This document shows, one piece after another, positions 36,297 through 45,767 of a stretch of DNA of 57,710 nt. How positions within the stretch are numbered: position 1 is the stretch's first letter; each line of letters opens with the position of its first letter. The notes beneath the pieces are model-generated. The model made no database searches, was not told the origin of the DNA, and was given only the letters and a program-made list of their open reading frames with translations. Source of the stretch: a virus; the IMG/VR virus record IMGVR_UViG_3300045988_104231. The stretch is one strand, 5' to 3'. The position numbers and the translations under genes are program-made.

Positions 36297-38330
36297 TTGG
36301 GAGCTGAGACGGATAACAGGAGGATAATAAGCTACAAGAGGTTCAATCCGAACTTTCACCATTTGAAGCCGGCGTTGGGGAATGACGATATAAGGTTCAT
36401 CTTCATGTACGGGGGATCGTCTTCCGCCAAGTCTTTCTCAGCGGCCCAAGCCTTCCTGTTGGAATGTATATCCAAGGGCTATAACACGATTGTCTTTAGG
36501 AAGACCGGAGCAACCATAGCGGACAGTATCTACAAGACGTTCCAAGAGGCGGCTAAATCATTGCATATAGATACTTTTTTCAAATTCCAAGAAAACCTTA
36601 TAAGGTGTTTCAACGGTTCCTATATCCGGTTCAAAGGGCTGGACGATCCGGAGAAGATCAAGGGTCTCGAATCTTATCAGTACGTGTTTTGCGAGGAGAT
36701 ATCCGAGTTCGATGAATCCGACTTGAAACAGATAAGGAAGCGTCTCCGTGGTCGCAAGGGACAGAAGATCGTAGCTCTATTTAACCCGATATCGGAGGAT
36801 CATTGGATCAAGAAAAAGATATTTGATACCGAGACATTGACCGAGGTGGACAATCATCTGTACGGGAAGCTCAAGGATAGCGTAACGGGTAAGATACTGC
36901 CAAAGGAATATTCCGAGGTAGGGAGGAAATGGGTCAATTCCGAGCGGACCATATACAACCCAAGAAAAAAGACTTACGAGACGCACCGCCCGGATATGGT
37001 TATCATCAAGTCCACCTATCTTAATAATTTCTGGGTTGTAGGGTCTCCTGATGGCACGTATGGCTTTTATGACGCTCAGACGATAGCGGATTTCGAGAGG
37101 GACAAGGAAAGGGATTACGCTTATTATCTGATATATGCCTTGGGCGAGTGGGGGACGATAAGGACGGGTGGAGAGTTCTTCCACGCCTTCGACCCCGCCA
37201 AGCATAAGGGCAAGTGCCCATATGTCAAGGCTCCTTTGCATATATCGATAGATAACAACGTCCTACCTTATATCTCCATCTCTTTTTGGCAGGTTGAGAC
37301 CGGGGATATAACGAGGATAAGGCAAATTCACGAGGAAACCCCGTCCGATCCGTTCAACACGGTCACCAAGGCCGCCGAGATCGCCGTTGAATATCTGGAG
37401 GGGATAGGGCATGATGATATGGTCTATCTTTATGGGGATGTATCGACCAAGGCCGGGAATACGATAGATGACGATAAGAGGTCTTTTTTCGATAAGTTCA
37501 AGGAGGGTATAGACAAGAGATTCCGTAGCGAGGACAGGCTGCCCAGATCGAACCCTTCCGTATCCATGACCGGGGAGTTTATCAACGCGATATATTCTGG
37601 AGATATAAAAGACGTGTCCATCATGATCGACGAGAGTTGCGAGACATCGATAAACGATTATATCACCGTAAAGAAGGATGTCAACGGGGCGATGCTCAAG
37701 CAGAGGGTAAAGGACAAGATTACGGGTCAGTCCTACGAGAAGGCCGGTCACCTTAGCGATGCCAAGCGTTATTTTGTCACGGAGATATTAAAGGATAGAT
37801 ATACGGCTTTCTCGTTGAGAAGAAAAAGAAACACTATAAAAGAAAGCGATATGAGATATTATGATCAAAGCATGGTGGATTTGTCCGGATTGACCGGATT
37901 GGTTGAGATTCATCCGGATAATGGAGGAAAGTTCGTTTACGCTAAGTGCATGGTCAAGGGAGGATTTGTTTACATTACGGACGCCTCAGTCCTTGATGAT
38001 CGTATAAAAGAGGAGGATATGGCCTCAAGGCTGGGGAAAGGCGATCTTTTGGTGCATGTTGAATGTGATAAGTTCAATGCTACATACGTTCGAAATCTAA
38101 GGGATTATCTCAATGACGTTCGAGGCAGGAGCTTGCCAGCGAATGTTGCGGGAAGAATAGAGGCACATTCTGAATTTATTCGGGATCATTTTCTTTTTCG
38201 TAAGGATTACGATGAAGATGACGGATACTTGAGGTTTGTTGAAAGCGTCTTGGATTATAGGGAAAAATCGGATATTGAGGCTATAAGCGTATTGTCAGCA
38301 TTGGCTGAGCGCATAAAAAACAAGACCTAG
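36297..38330 (+). CDS. terL: Terminase large subunit (PBSX/Terminase_3-like) with a long C-terminal extension
   Basis: Walker A-like YGGSSSAKS, Walker B VFCEEISE, NPISEDHW motif. TTG start in the track. Confidence 0.85.
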   Translation: MGAETDNRRIISYKRFNPNFHHLKPALGNDDIRFIFMYGGSSSAKSFSAAQAFLLECISKGYNTIVFRKTGATIADSIYKTFQEAAKSLHIDTFFKFQENLIRCFNGSYIRFKGLDDPEKIKGLESYQYVFCEEISEFDESDLKQIRKRLRGRKGQKIVALFNPISEDHWIKKKIFDTETLTEVDNHLYGKLKDSVTGKILPKEYSEVGRKWVNSERTIYNPRKKTYETHRPDMVIIKSTYLNNFWVVGSPDGTYGFYDAQTIADFERDKERDYAYYLIYALGEWGTIRTGGEFFHAFDPAKHKGKCPYVKAPLHISIDNNVLPYISISFWQVETGDITRIRQIHEETPSDPFNTVTKAAEIAVEYLEGIGHDDMVYLYGDVSTKAGNTIDDDKRSFFDKFKEGIDKRFRSEDRLPRSNPSVSMTGEFINAIYSGDIKDVSIMIDESCETSINDYITVKKDVNGAMLKQRVKDKITGQSYEKAGHLSDAKRYFVTEILKDRYTAFSLRRKRNTIKESDMRYYDQSMVDLSGLTGLVEIHPDNGGKFVYAKCMVKGGFVYITDASVLDDRIKEEDMASRLGKGDLLVHVECDKFNATYVRNLRDYLNDVRGRSLPANVAGRIEAHSEFIRDHFLFRKDYDEDDGYLRFVESVLDYREKSDIEAISVLSALAERIKNKT

Positions 38331-38348
38331 TAATTTTAGTGATAATTG

Positions 38349-38460
38349 TTTGATGTTTATCCGAATATTGTTATATTTGCGGTAACATAAAAATAAAGAA
38401 ATTAGAGCCTAAGAGCCATACCCGGCGGGAGTCGTATCCTGCGGGGTATGGCTCTTTTTA
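38349..38460 (+). promoter_or_regulatory. Promoter + leader terminator-hairpin cassette 2 (ahead of portal)
   Basis: TTTG 38349-38352, 19 nt, TATATTTG 38372-38379. Hairpin arms 38411-38423 / 38444-38456 followed by TTTTT. ATG at 38471. Confidence 0.7.
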
Positions 38461-38470
38461 TTTGTACGCT

Positions 38471-39886
38471 ATGAGTTGGTATGACAAATTATTGCCTTCG
38501 ATATTGAGGTTTGGCACTCGATCTAGTGTCAAGTCAATGTCTATGCTGGGGCATGTCGGCCAAGTGCATGTGGACAATGGGGGGGATATATGGTATATGT
38601 CCGGATTATCCTCATTGCTTGAACGTAATGATTTTAAGATTGATATGTCATCTATTCCCGGAAAGGCGTTAGCTCTGAGAGTCTGTACGCCATTCGCTAC
38701 CGTAACGGACAGGGCCGGCTCCATGTTCTCCAATGGCAAGTTTTATGTCGTGGACAAGAATGACAACGAGCATGGCATGTATAAGACAAGGGATGGAAAG
38801 ACCGACTCCTTATATCCCCGATTTGAGAAGATGAGAAGATTCCTGTCTCGTCCAAATCCATTGCAAAGTGGAAGGCAGTTTAACAAACAGGTCGAGATGA
38901 CCATGAAAGCCTTTGGCTTTTGTCCGATATTCACGTTAAGGCCTATACCGGGAGAGTTGCCCATATCCATGTGGATCATTCCCCCGGAGTTGTTCCACGT
39001 GATCCTTAGCGGGAAATTATGGTCTCAAAGTGATTTGGATGGGATAATATCAGAGGCGTACATAGAATGGAATGGAGAGAGGATCAACTTGGAGAAGGAT
39101 GATTATTTCATCGTGTCCGACTCGACCGCTATCATTGGTGGGTATCAGTCAGAATTAAGGTTTGAGACTACGGTAGATAGCTTGTCAAAGCCGGTAAATA
39201 ATTGGATCAACCAGATGTCTGCCCGTAACACGTTGATAATCGATGGAGGCCCTAAGGGTATTATATGCGATGATAGTGGCGGGGACGTATATGGTAATAG
39301 TTCCTTGACCTCAAAGGAGCAGAGGGAACTAAACGATAATTTCAAGAGAAAGTATGGATTGGTAGGAAAGTTGTATTCCATATTGGTCACCACGGCCAAG
39401 CTGAAGTGGGTACCGATCACGCATAGCTCCAAGGATCTGATGCTTCATGAGGAGGATGAGTCGTGTCGTAATATAATATCGAACGCTATCGGCCTTAATC
39501 CTAACGTCTTGATGCCGGATAGCAAGTTCGCCAACTTGCAGGAGGCCAAGACCGCCGCTTATCAAGACTTGATCATACCCGACTCCGAGAACTACACGGA
39601 GATCCTTACCGAGAATATCGCCTATGATGGAATGAGGATAAGGCTGGATTACTCGCATATATCCTGCTTGCAGGAGGACAAGCTAAGCTCCGCTCAAGCG
39701 TTCTCTACGTCTTCCACATCGGCGAAGGATCTGTACGGCATGGGATTGATAACGATGCAGGAGGCGAGAAGAGAGATCGCTAATTACATGGACATAAACC
39801 CCGATGATCCAGAGGGGGATTTTAAAGACAACAAGGAGGAAATCAGTAATGAAAGTCAAGAAGAGAACAATAGGGAAGCAATATAA
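38471..39886 (+). CDS. Portal protein
   Basis: About 470 aa. Position in the order terL - portal - protease - capsid. ATG at 38471 preferred over the TTG at 38462. Confidence 0.75.
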   Translation: MSWYDKLLPSILRFGTRSSVKSMSMLGHVGQVHVDNGGDIWYMSGLSSLLERNDFKIDMSSIPGKALALRVCTPFATVTDRAGSMFSNGKFYVVDKNDNEHGMYKTRDGKTDSLYPRFEKMRRFLSRPNPLQSGRQFNKQVEMTMKAFGFCPIFTLRPIPGELPISMWIIPPELFHVILSGKLWSQSDLDGIISEAYIEWNGERINLEKDDYFIVSDSTAIIGGYQSELRFETTVDSLSKPVNNWINQMSARNTLIIDGGPKGIICDDSGGDVYGNSSLTSKEQRELNDNFKRKYGLVGKLYSILVTTAKLKWVPITHSSKDLMLHEEDESCRNIISNAIGLNPNVLMPDSKFANLQEAKTAAYQDLIIPDSENYTEILTENIAYDGMRIRLDYSHISCLQEDKLSSAQAFSTSSTSAKDLYGMGLITMQEARREIANYMDINPDDPEGDFKDNKEEISNESQEENNREAI

Positions 39887-40580
39887 GCGGCTTCCTTTCG
39901 ACGTGAAGGAAATGGCGTTGGATAGCCGTAAGATCAGCGGATACGCCGCTATTTTTGGCGTTAAGGACAAGGCGGATGATATCTTGATAAAGGGATGCTT
40001 CGCTAAATCCATAGCCGAGAGAGGCCCCGATAGCCAAGCGAACGATAAGATCATCCTGCTGTGGATGCACGATATGAGTGAGCCTATAGGTCGTATCACC
40101 AAGCTCATCGAGGATGATAAGGGACTTTATTTCGAGGCCGATATTGACGATATACCGTTAGGGGATAGGGCTATAAAACAAATGGAATCAGGCACTATCA
40201 ATCAGTTTAGTTTTGGGTACTCGTATGTATGGGACAAGATTGATTACGATGAGAAGATGGACGCTTATATCGTCAAGGAGGTCGTGTTATACGAGATTTC
40301 CCCGGTATCCATAGGGTGTAATGGCATGACGGAGTATACTGGACTCAAGTCTGAGGATGACATAGCCGAGCGTATCGAAAAACTTAGGGAGGATATCGAT
40401 AGTGAGTTGATCACCATGTCTGTCTCCAAGAGATCAAGGATGCAAGAATTATTCGGAAAGGTATGGGCACTCGCTAGTCTTGAGCCGGAGAGGGGCCGAA
40501 AAGACTCCGTGGGAAATCCACTCAAGGACAAGGGAGCCGAACATGCAAGGAAGAGTCTATTCGATATAAAATTCAATTAA
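39849..40580 (+). CDS. HK97-family prohead serine protease
   Basis: ISGYAAIFGVKDKADDILIKGCFAKSI...LLWMHD...PIGRI...GLYFEADI...FSFGY. Confidence 0.85.
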   Translation: MKVKKRTIGKQYKRLPFDVKEMALDSRKISGYAAIFGVKDKADDILIKGCFAKSIAERGPDSQANDKIILLWMHDMSEPIGRITKLIEDDKGLYFEADIDDIPLGDRAIKQMESGTINQFSFGYSYVWDKIDYDEKMDAYIVKEVVLYEISPVSIGCNGMTEYTGLKSEDDIAERIEKLREDIDSELITMSVSKRSRMQELFGKVWALASLEPERGRKDSVGNPLKDKGAEHARKSLFDIKFN

Positions 40581-40602
40581 TAATCAAAAAAAAGAGAACA
40601 AA

Positions 40603-42084
40603 ATGAGAGGTTATTTGAAAAACAAGAAGTATTGCTGGATGATGGCGGTATTCGCTATCGCCACGTTAGTGTTATCAATGTTGTCTCCAGACACAAGCGT
40701 GGTGTCTTTGGCCGGTCTAGGGTTGCTGGGATTTGTTGATCTGGAAAGCATGGATGAGGATCAAAAGAAATTCATCAAGGGCTTGGACGACAAGTTAGAG
40801 GAGATAAATATGAAGTTCTTGAAGGACGCTCTTCCTAAAAGCGAGTACGTCAAGGAGCTTACGAGCTTAACCGAAGCCATGAAAGATTTGAATGATAACG
40901 TATTGTCCGATAAGATCGACAAGAAGGACTTTGATACTTTCAAGGAGAACGTTCTTGGAGAGCTCGTTAAGATCAAGGGAGCTATGGAGAAGACCGATGA
41001 AGGTAAGTTAAAGGTCAAGACGCTGGAAGACCAGATCAGAGACCAGTTAAAGGCTTATATCAGCAAGGATGGAAGAGGCCGTGAGATCGTGGACCTAAAA
41101 TCGGCTTGCAAGGCTATGCCGGGTAATAAATTGAATCTTTCCATTATTCCCAATGTGAAAGCCAATACGCCTATCACGTCGAGCGTAACCACAACAGGAG
41201 TCCCTATGAGTCCGGGTGTGGTTTTCGACTCATCTATTTCCACCCCACCGTTAGCTGAAAGCGAGATCCGTCAGTTCGCCAATGTTGCCACTATAAATGC
41301 CCGTACTATCATCTATACTCAGCTTAAGGATTCACAAGGTGACGCTGAGTGGGTTCCGGAGGGAGGACTGAAACCCTCCATGACCGCAACAATCGAGGAG
41401 AAGAACGTTACAGCGGGAAAGGTAGCCTTGACCGCCACGTTGACAGAGGAGGTTCTTACCGATCTGCCGCAATTGGTAGCTGAGGTCAGGAGCGAGATCA
41501 TCTATAAGATCGGAGTGGCCGAGGAAGAGGGCATATTGTTCGGGTCTGGATCTGATGGTAATATCAAGGGCGTTTTCTCTGATATTCCCGAATATTCGCT
41601 TACGTCCGTAAAGGTGACATCGCCGAATAACTTTGACGCTATAGTAGCGGCATACACTCAGATCGTATCGACATCCAAGAGAAACTATTCCCCGAATTTG
41701 GTTCGGGTCAATCCCGTGGATCTGGCGAACTTGAAACTCACCAAGGACTCGTCCGGCGCTTATCTGTTCCCCCCATTCACGCTGCAAGACGGTACATTGA
41801 TCTCGGGAGTCCAGATCAAGCCATCCACGACTATCACGGAGGGTGAGTTCTACATCGGGGATTTCCGTTATTTGAATATCCGTGACTACCAGCCGTTGAG
41901 CATCACTTTCGGCTGGGTTAACGATGATTTCCAGAAGAATCAGGTGACGATGGTTGGTGAGAAGAGATTGCTTGCTTATATCAAGTCTAATTACTTGACG
42001 GCTTTCGTGAAAGGTAAATATTCCACGATCAAGGAAGCCATTGACGCTAATCCGGCAAGCGATAGCTCGGGAATTGGAAGTTAA
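40603..42084 (+). CDS. HK97-fold major capsid protein with N-terminal delta/scaffold-like region
   Basis: EWVPEGGLKPSMTATIEEKNVTAGKVALTATLTEEVLTDLPQLVAEV...EEEGILFGSG. Confidence 0.85.
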   Translation: MRGYLKNKKYCWMMAVFAIATLVLSMLSPDTSVVSLAGLGLLGFVDLESMDEDQKKFIKGLDDKLEEINMKFLKDALPKSEYVKELTSLTEAMKDLNDNVLSDKIDKKDFDTFKENVLGELVKIKGAMEKTDEGKLKVKTLEDQIRDQLKAYISKDGRGREIVDLKSACKAMPGNKLNLSIIPNVKANTPITSSVTTTGVPMSPGVVFDSSISTPPLAESEIRQFANVATINARTIIYTQLKDSQGDAEWVPEGGLKPSMTATIEEKNVTAGKVALTATLTEEVLTDLPQLVAEVRSEIIYKIGVAEEEGILFGSGSDGNIKGVFSDIPEYSLTSVKVTSPNNFDAIVAAYTQIVSTSKRNYSPNLVRVNPVDLANLKLTKDSSGAYLFPPFTLQDGTLISGVQIKPSTTITEGEFYIGDFRYLNIRDYQPLSITFGWVNDDFQKNQVTMVGEKRLLAYIKSNYLTAFVKGKYSTIKEAIDANPASDSSGIGS

Positions 42085-42102
42085 ACTATAATAAGGATAG
42101 AT

Positions 42103-42348
42103 ATGAAAAGAAAGAGAACTGAGATTGGTTCGGCCAAGGGCTATAAGCTTGATTTGGCCGAGGTATATGAGATCACCTACGCAAAGAAAACGAAATACCA
42201 TAATGTGGGAGACAAAGATTTTGTGTCATTGCCGTTGGCGATCATGTTCATAAACGACAAGAGGATATTATCAACCTCGGAGATCGACGAGGCTATTTCC
42301 AAGTATGGAATGACAGAGTTGCTCAATAGCTCCAAGAGATCAAAATAA
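42103..42348 (+). CDS. Hypothetical protein
   Basis: 81-aa ORF. Confidence 0.45.
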   Translation: MKRKRTEIGSAKGYKLDLAEVYEITYAKKTKYHNVGDKDFVSLPLAIMFINDKRILSTSEIDEAISKYGMTELLNSSKRSK

Positions 42349-42354
42349 ACCGTT

Positions 42355-42882
42355 ATGTTGATCGATGAGACATATTTCACTGGTGATATTCATATAGACG
42401 GCTTGGTGCCCTCCAGCGGGGTGCCAAGCCTCACGAATGAGGCCATAAACTTGGAGTTCAAGGCGTTGGCCGCCAAGTTCGAGAGGGATTTTTATAGGCA
42501 AATTCTAGGAAAGGATAACGCGGACGCTTTCGTGTCTTTCTTGGACTTGTTGGAGAAAGATCCGGATAAGGCGGATGAGAGGAGATGGCTGGATCTAATG
42601 GAGGTATTGGTCGATGATGCCGGAGGGACGCTCGAGTCTCCTATAGCTTACTATATCTATTTCTTCTATCTTAGAAGGAATCAGTTGGAGGCTACTCCCG
42701 TGGGAGTCACGGAGGCGGACGCTAAAATTGTCCCTTGTAACCGGAAGATGATTGACGCATGGAACCAGATGGTGTATATGAACGATTACCTGTCGAAGTG
42801 GCTCTTTGATCATCGTGATGATTACGGAGGGTATTTTTTCGATAATGATATGCTGGAAACGATAAATCAATTTGGCATATGA
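42355..42882 (+). CDS. Probable head-tail connector/adaptor (function from position only)
   Basis: 175-aa ORF following the capsid gene. Confidence 0.4.
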   Translation: MLIDETYFTGDIHIDGLVPSSGVPSLTNEAINLEFKALAAKFERDFYRQILGKDNADAFVSFLDLLEKDPDKADERRWLDLMEVLVDDAGGTLESPIAYYIYFFYLRRNQLEATPVGVTEADAKIVPCNRKMIDAWNQMVYMNDYLSKWLFDHRDDYGGYFFDNDMLETINQFGI

Positions 42883-43421
42883 CAAATCTGGTGGATATAT
42901 TCAAGGATATAAGCGTAAAGGTAGGGAACCGGCTTGGGGTTGAGACCGGATTGGACAGGAATGTGCCAGTAAATTATCTTTTCGGGGATTGGCCTTATAT
43001 ATCCAAGGCCATGGAGACTATTAGCAAGTCGAGGTTCACCGAGAGGGACAGATACCCTTTACTGGCGTTATTCACTCCCTTCAAGGAGGTTAGGGACGAT
43101 CCTGATACTTATTGCACGGTCTCAGTGGATATATTGTTAGCGACCCGGACATTGTCGGATTACAGCAACGAGCAGCGTCTAGAGATATCATACAAGGGGC
43201 TTCTTTATCCATTGTATGACATATTGATTGACGAGATAAGTAAAGACCGTAGATTCGATACCGGTTCAAGATCTTTCGTGAGCCACACGAAATCTGATAA
43301 TATGCGTTACGGGAGCCGTGGCGTATATGGATCGGATGGGAAGACCCCTTTCAAGGACTTGTTCGACGGGATTGATATCTCCGGTATGGAATTAATTATT
43401 AAGAATAAAACATGTAGATAA
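42879..43421 (+). CDS. Probable head-tail joining protein (function from position only)
   Basis: 180-aa ORF, overlap-coupled to the upstream gene. Confidence 0.4.
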   Translation: MTNLVDIFKDISVKVGNRLGVETGLDRNVPVNYLFGDWPYISKAMETISKSRFTERDRYPLLALFTPFKEVRDDPDTYCTVSVDILLATRTLSDYSNEQRLEISYKGLLYPLYDILIDEISKDRRFDTGSRSFVSHTKSDNMRYGSRGVYGSDGKTPFKDLFDGIDISGMELIIKNKTCR

Positions 43422-43423
43422 TT

Positions 43424-44272
43424 ATGGCAGTAAAAATGTTCAGGGACTGCGGTTCCGAGATTTTCAATACCGGCACGAGCAAGTGTCCGTTTGTTCCCGA
43501 CTATATCAAGGCGATCATACTCACTCCAGTAGGTATGACCTTCAAGGTATCCGATTTTGACACGAAGCTGGGAGAGTACGCCCACTCCGACCGTCCGAAC
43601 CGTGTCTATCCGATCTCGACGATAGCGGAGTACGCCACTTCCGGAGGCGAGGCACAGACATCGGCTACCGGTTATGGCTCGTCCAAGATCACGGGTTATA
43701 GCGAGCTTGTCGAGACTTACACGATGAACGATTATGACGAGGGCTTGCGAACCAATCTCATGAAGCTCAAGAACGAGAGCATGAGGGTGATCTTCATCGA
43801 CAAGAATAATGTCGTATATGGCGAGAAGACCGATACGGAAGGTGATTTCAGGGGATATGAGCTCGGTGCCGTTTATCCGGGTGGACAGAGGTTCAAGAGT
43901 TCCGGAGAGAACGCATCGCTTACGATCAACCTCGTTTATAAGGATGTTGAGAAAGCATGGATGAACGCTATATCTTTCACTAGCGATATCGATATCTTGG
44001 ACGAGGCGAAGGGATTGGTCTGGGTGGATGTCAAGAAATTACCCGAAGGAGAGAATAAGTTTAAGGTGGTGGAGCATTACGGAGGTTTTGACCTTACCGA
44101 GATGTACGGGACGTTGTTAGGTAACTCCTCTGTATGGAATAACGCTTCTGCGGCTACTTATAACGCTGATGACGGCACTCTTACTTTGACCCCTTCATCC
44201 GGCACTCCCGCGCTCAAGAGGCCATCCGAGTTATACGCCGAGGACGTTAAAGGAATAGAGCAATGGTCATAA
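43424..44272 (+). CDS. Candidate major tail protein (function from position and size only)
   Basis: 282-aa ORF. Confidence 0.35.
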   Translation: MAVKMFRDCGSEIFNTGTSKCPFVPDYIKAIILTPVGMTFKVSDFDTKLGEYAHSDRPNRVYPISTIAEYATSGGEAQTSATGYGSSKITGYSELVETYTMNDYDEGLRTNLMKLKNESMRVIFIDKNNVVYGEKTDTEGDFRGYELGAVYPGGQRFKSSGENASLTINLVYKDVEKAWMNAISFTSDIDILDEAKGLVWVDVKKLPEGENKFKVVEHYGGFDLTEMYGTLLGNSSVWNNASAATYNADDGTLTLTPSSGTPALKRPSELYAEDVKGIEQWS

Positions 44273-44419
44273 ACGGGGTATCGTTCAATGATGAGGCTTG
44301 TCTCGGTATGGGAAGGAAGGCTTTCGTGAAGGCTCACGAGGGATCTTTCTTCCTTGACCGGGGAATGGCGGATCGAAGGAGGATATTAGGTGACGCTTAT
44401 GATATAATGGAGAGGAACC

Positions 44420-44968
44420 ATGGGGACGATAGCGGGAGTGGCGAACGCCGTGAGGATGCTGGAGAAGAACTTCTGGCCGGAGGTTACGAACAGCTTGAGA
44501 GAGAGCGGGGGATTGATCCATGACTTGATCACTGATCAACTCATGTCCGGGTTAGACGAGAACAAGGAGCCTTTGAAGCCTACCTATCTGGATGACCCGT
44601 ATTTCGTGGAGACGACGAAGACCCCAAAGGCGGCGAGGGCCAAGGCCAGATGGTACAAGGCGATGAAGGAAAGCATAACCCCACCTAGATCCTCCGACAT
44701 ACTCCATCTTCCGCCACGAGACCCTAACACCCCAAATCTTATCATACGAGGCGATTACCACGCCAGTATAACGCCGATCGTGCAAGGCGGCAAGGATGGT
44801 GGCAAGATAGTCACGAGATCCATCGGTTTCTATGCCGGTGACGACGCTTTAGAGAAGAAATACGGCCCCGGTCATCTGGGTTTGACCACGGAGGCTAGGG
44901 CTTATTTGATTGAGGAGCGGGTTGTCCCCGCATTGGATAAGTTATTCAAGAAATACGGGTTCAAATGA
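44420..44968 (+). CDS. Hypothetical structural protein
   Basis: 182-aa ORF. Confidence 0.45.
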   Translation: MGTIAGVANAVRMLEKNFWPEVTNSLRESGGLIHDLITDQLMSGLDENKEPLKPTYLDDPYFVETTKTPKAARAKARWYKAMKESITPPRSSDILHLPPRDPNTPNLIIRGDYHASITPIVQGGKDGGKIVTRSIGFYAGDDALEKKYGPGHLGLTTEARAYLIEERVVPALDKLFKKYGFK

Positions 44969-45165
44969 TAAAGCCGTGCAATTGCGCCTCGCAGAACAGG
45001 GCGATGGCCACATACGAGAACATAAGGAGGCTGGCTATCAAGATGGCCGTTTCCGATAAACGCATTTACGTGCTTATCCGTAAAGCGGATGGGACGTTTG
45101 CCTTCGAGCCTTTAGATGCCATGGTGTCTAAAGGCGATATTGTTGAATATATCCATTATTTATAA
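44965..45165 (+). CDS. Hypothetical protein
   Basis: 66-aa ORF, overlap-coupled to the upstream gene. Confidence 0.4.
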   Translation: MIKPCNCASQNRAMATYENIRRLAIKMAVSDKRIYVLIRKADGTFAFEPLDAMVSKGDIVEYIHYL

Positions 45166-45170
45166 GTAGT

Positions 45171-45767
45171 ATGGCGAATATATACACGACATGCGACGAG
45201 ATACCCTTATGCAAGTTCATCGAGATGTACAAGGGAAATCTTAACGCCCTTATAAAAGGAGGGAGGACCAAGCCCACCGATGGGGAGTTAAGGAAAGCGG
45301 CGATGGGGCTTATCGACGAGTATTCCGTTATAACCGGGAACAAGAATATCGCTATCGAGATAGAGGATCGGTCAAGGGTGGTGGATTGCAATATCAAGCT
45401 TATCCTGTTGGAGTCAGCGGATCATTTGATAGACGCTATGATGTACGCTGATGCTTCGGATATTCTTGGCAGGGTAGGTATCCGCATGCCGGAGGAGCCG
45501 GGAGAGCAAGATCTGATCGTCGCTAAAAAGAGAATCCAGTCCAAGATGTCACAGGTGAAATATAGCCTGAGCGTTCTGGATAGGAACAAGTCTAAGGTGG
45601 TAGACCCCAAGGATAAAGATTTCACCCGTGAGAGAATGATCGTGTCCACCTATTTCAAGATGCGTATCGACCCAGACACGTTCACCGCGGCTGAGTACGG
45701 GAATATGATAAGGATTATGTTTAACCAATTAGAGGACATGAAGAATTATGGCGGGAAACGAGACTAA
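45171..45767 (+). CDS. Candidate tail assembly chaperone (function from position only)
   Basis: 198-aa ORF immediately upstream of, and overlapping, the tape-measure gene. Confidence 0.4.
   Translation: MANIYTTCDEIPLCKFIEMYKGNLNALIKGGRTKPTDGELRKAAMGLIDEYSVITGNKNIAIEIEDRSRVVDCNIKLILLESADHLIDAMMYADASDILGRVGIRMPEEPGEQDLIVAKKRIQSKMSQVKYSLSVLDRNKSKVVDPKDKDFTRERMIVSTYFKMRIDPDTFTAAEYGNMIRIMFNQLEDMKNYGGKRD

Noticed and set aside
41332-42201. 289-aa minus-strand ORF
   Set aside because: It is entirely antisense to the well-supported HK97-type capsid gene.
44263-44523. 86-aa ORF overlapping the 182-aa ORF by about 100 nt, as a possible programmed-frameshift tail-chaperone pair
   Set aside because: The pair is not adjacent to the tape-measure gene. 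The required shift would be +1, not the usual -1. I saw no slippery heptamer. It is left unannotated as uncertain.
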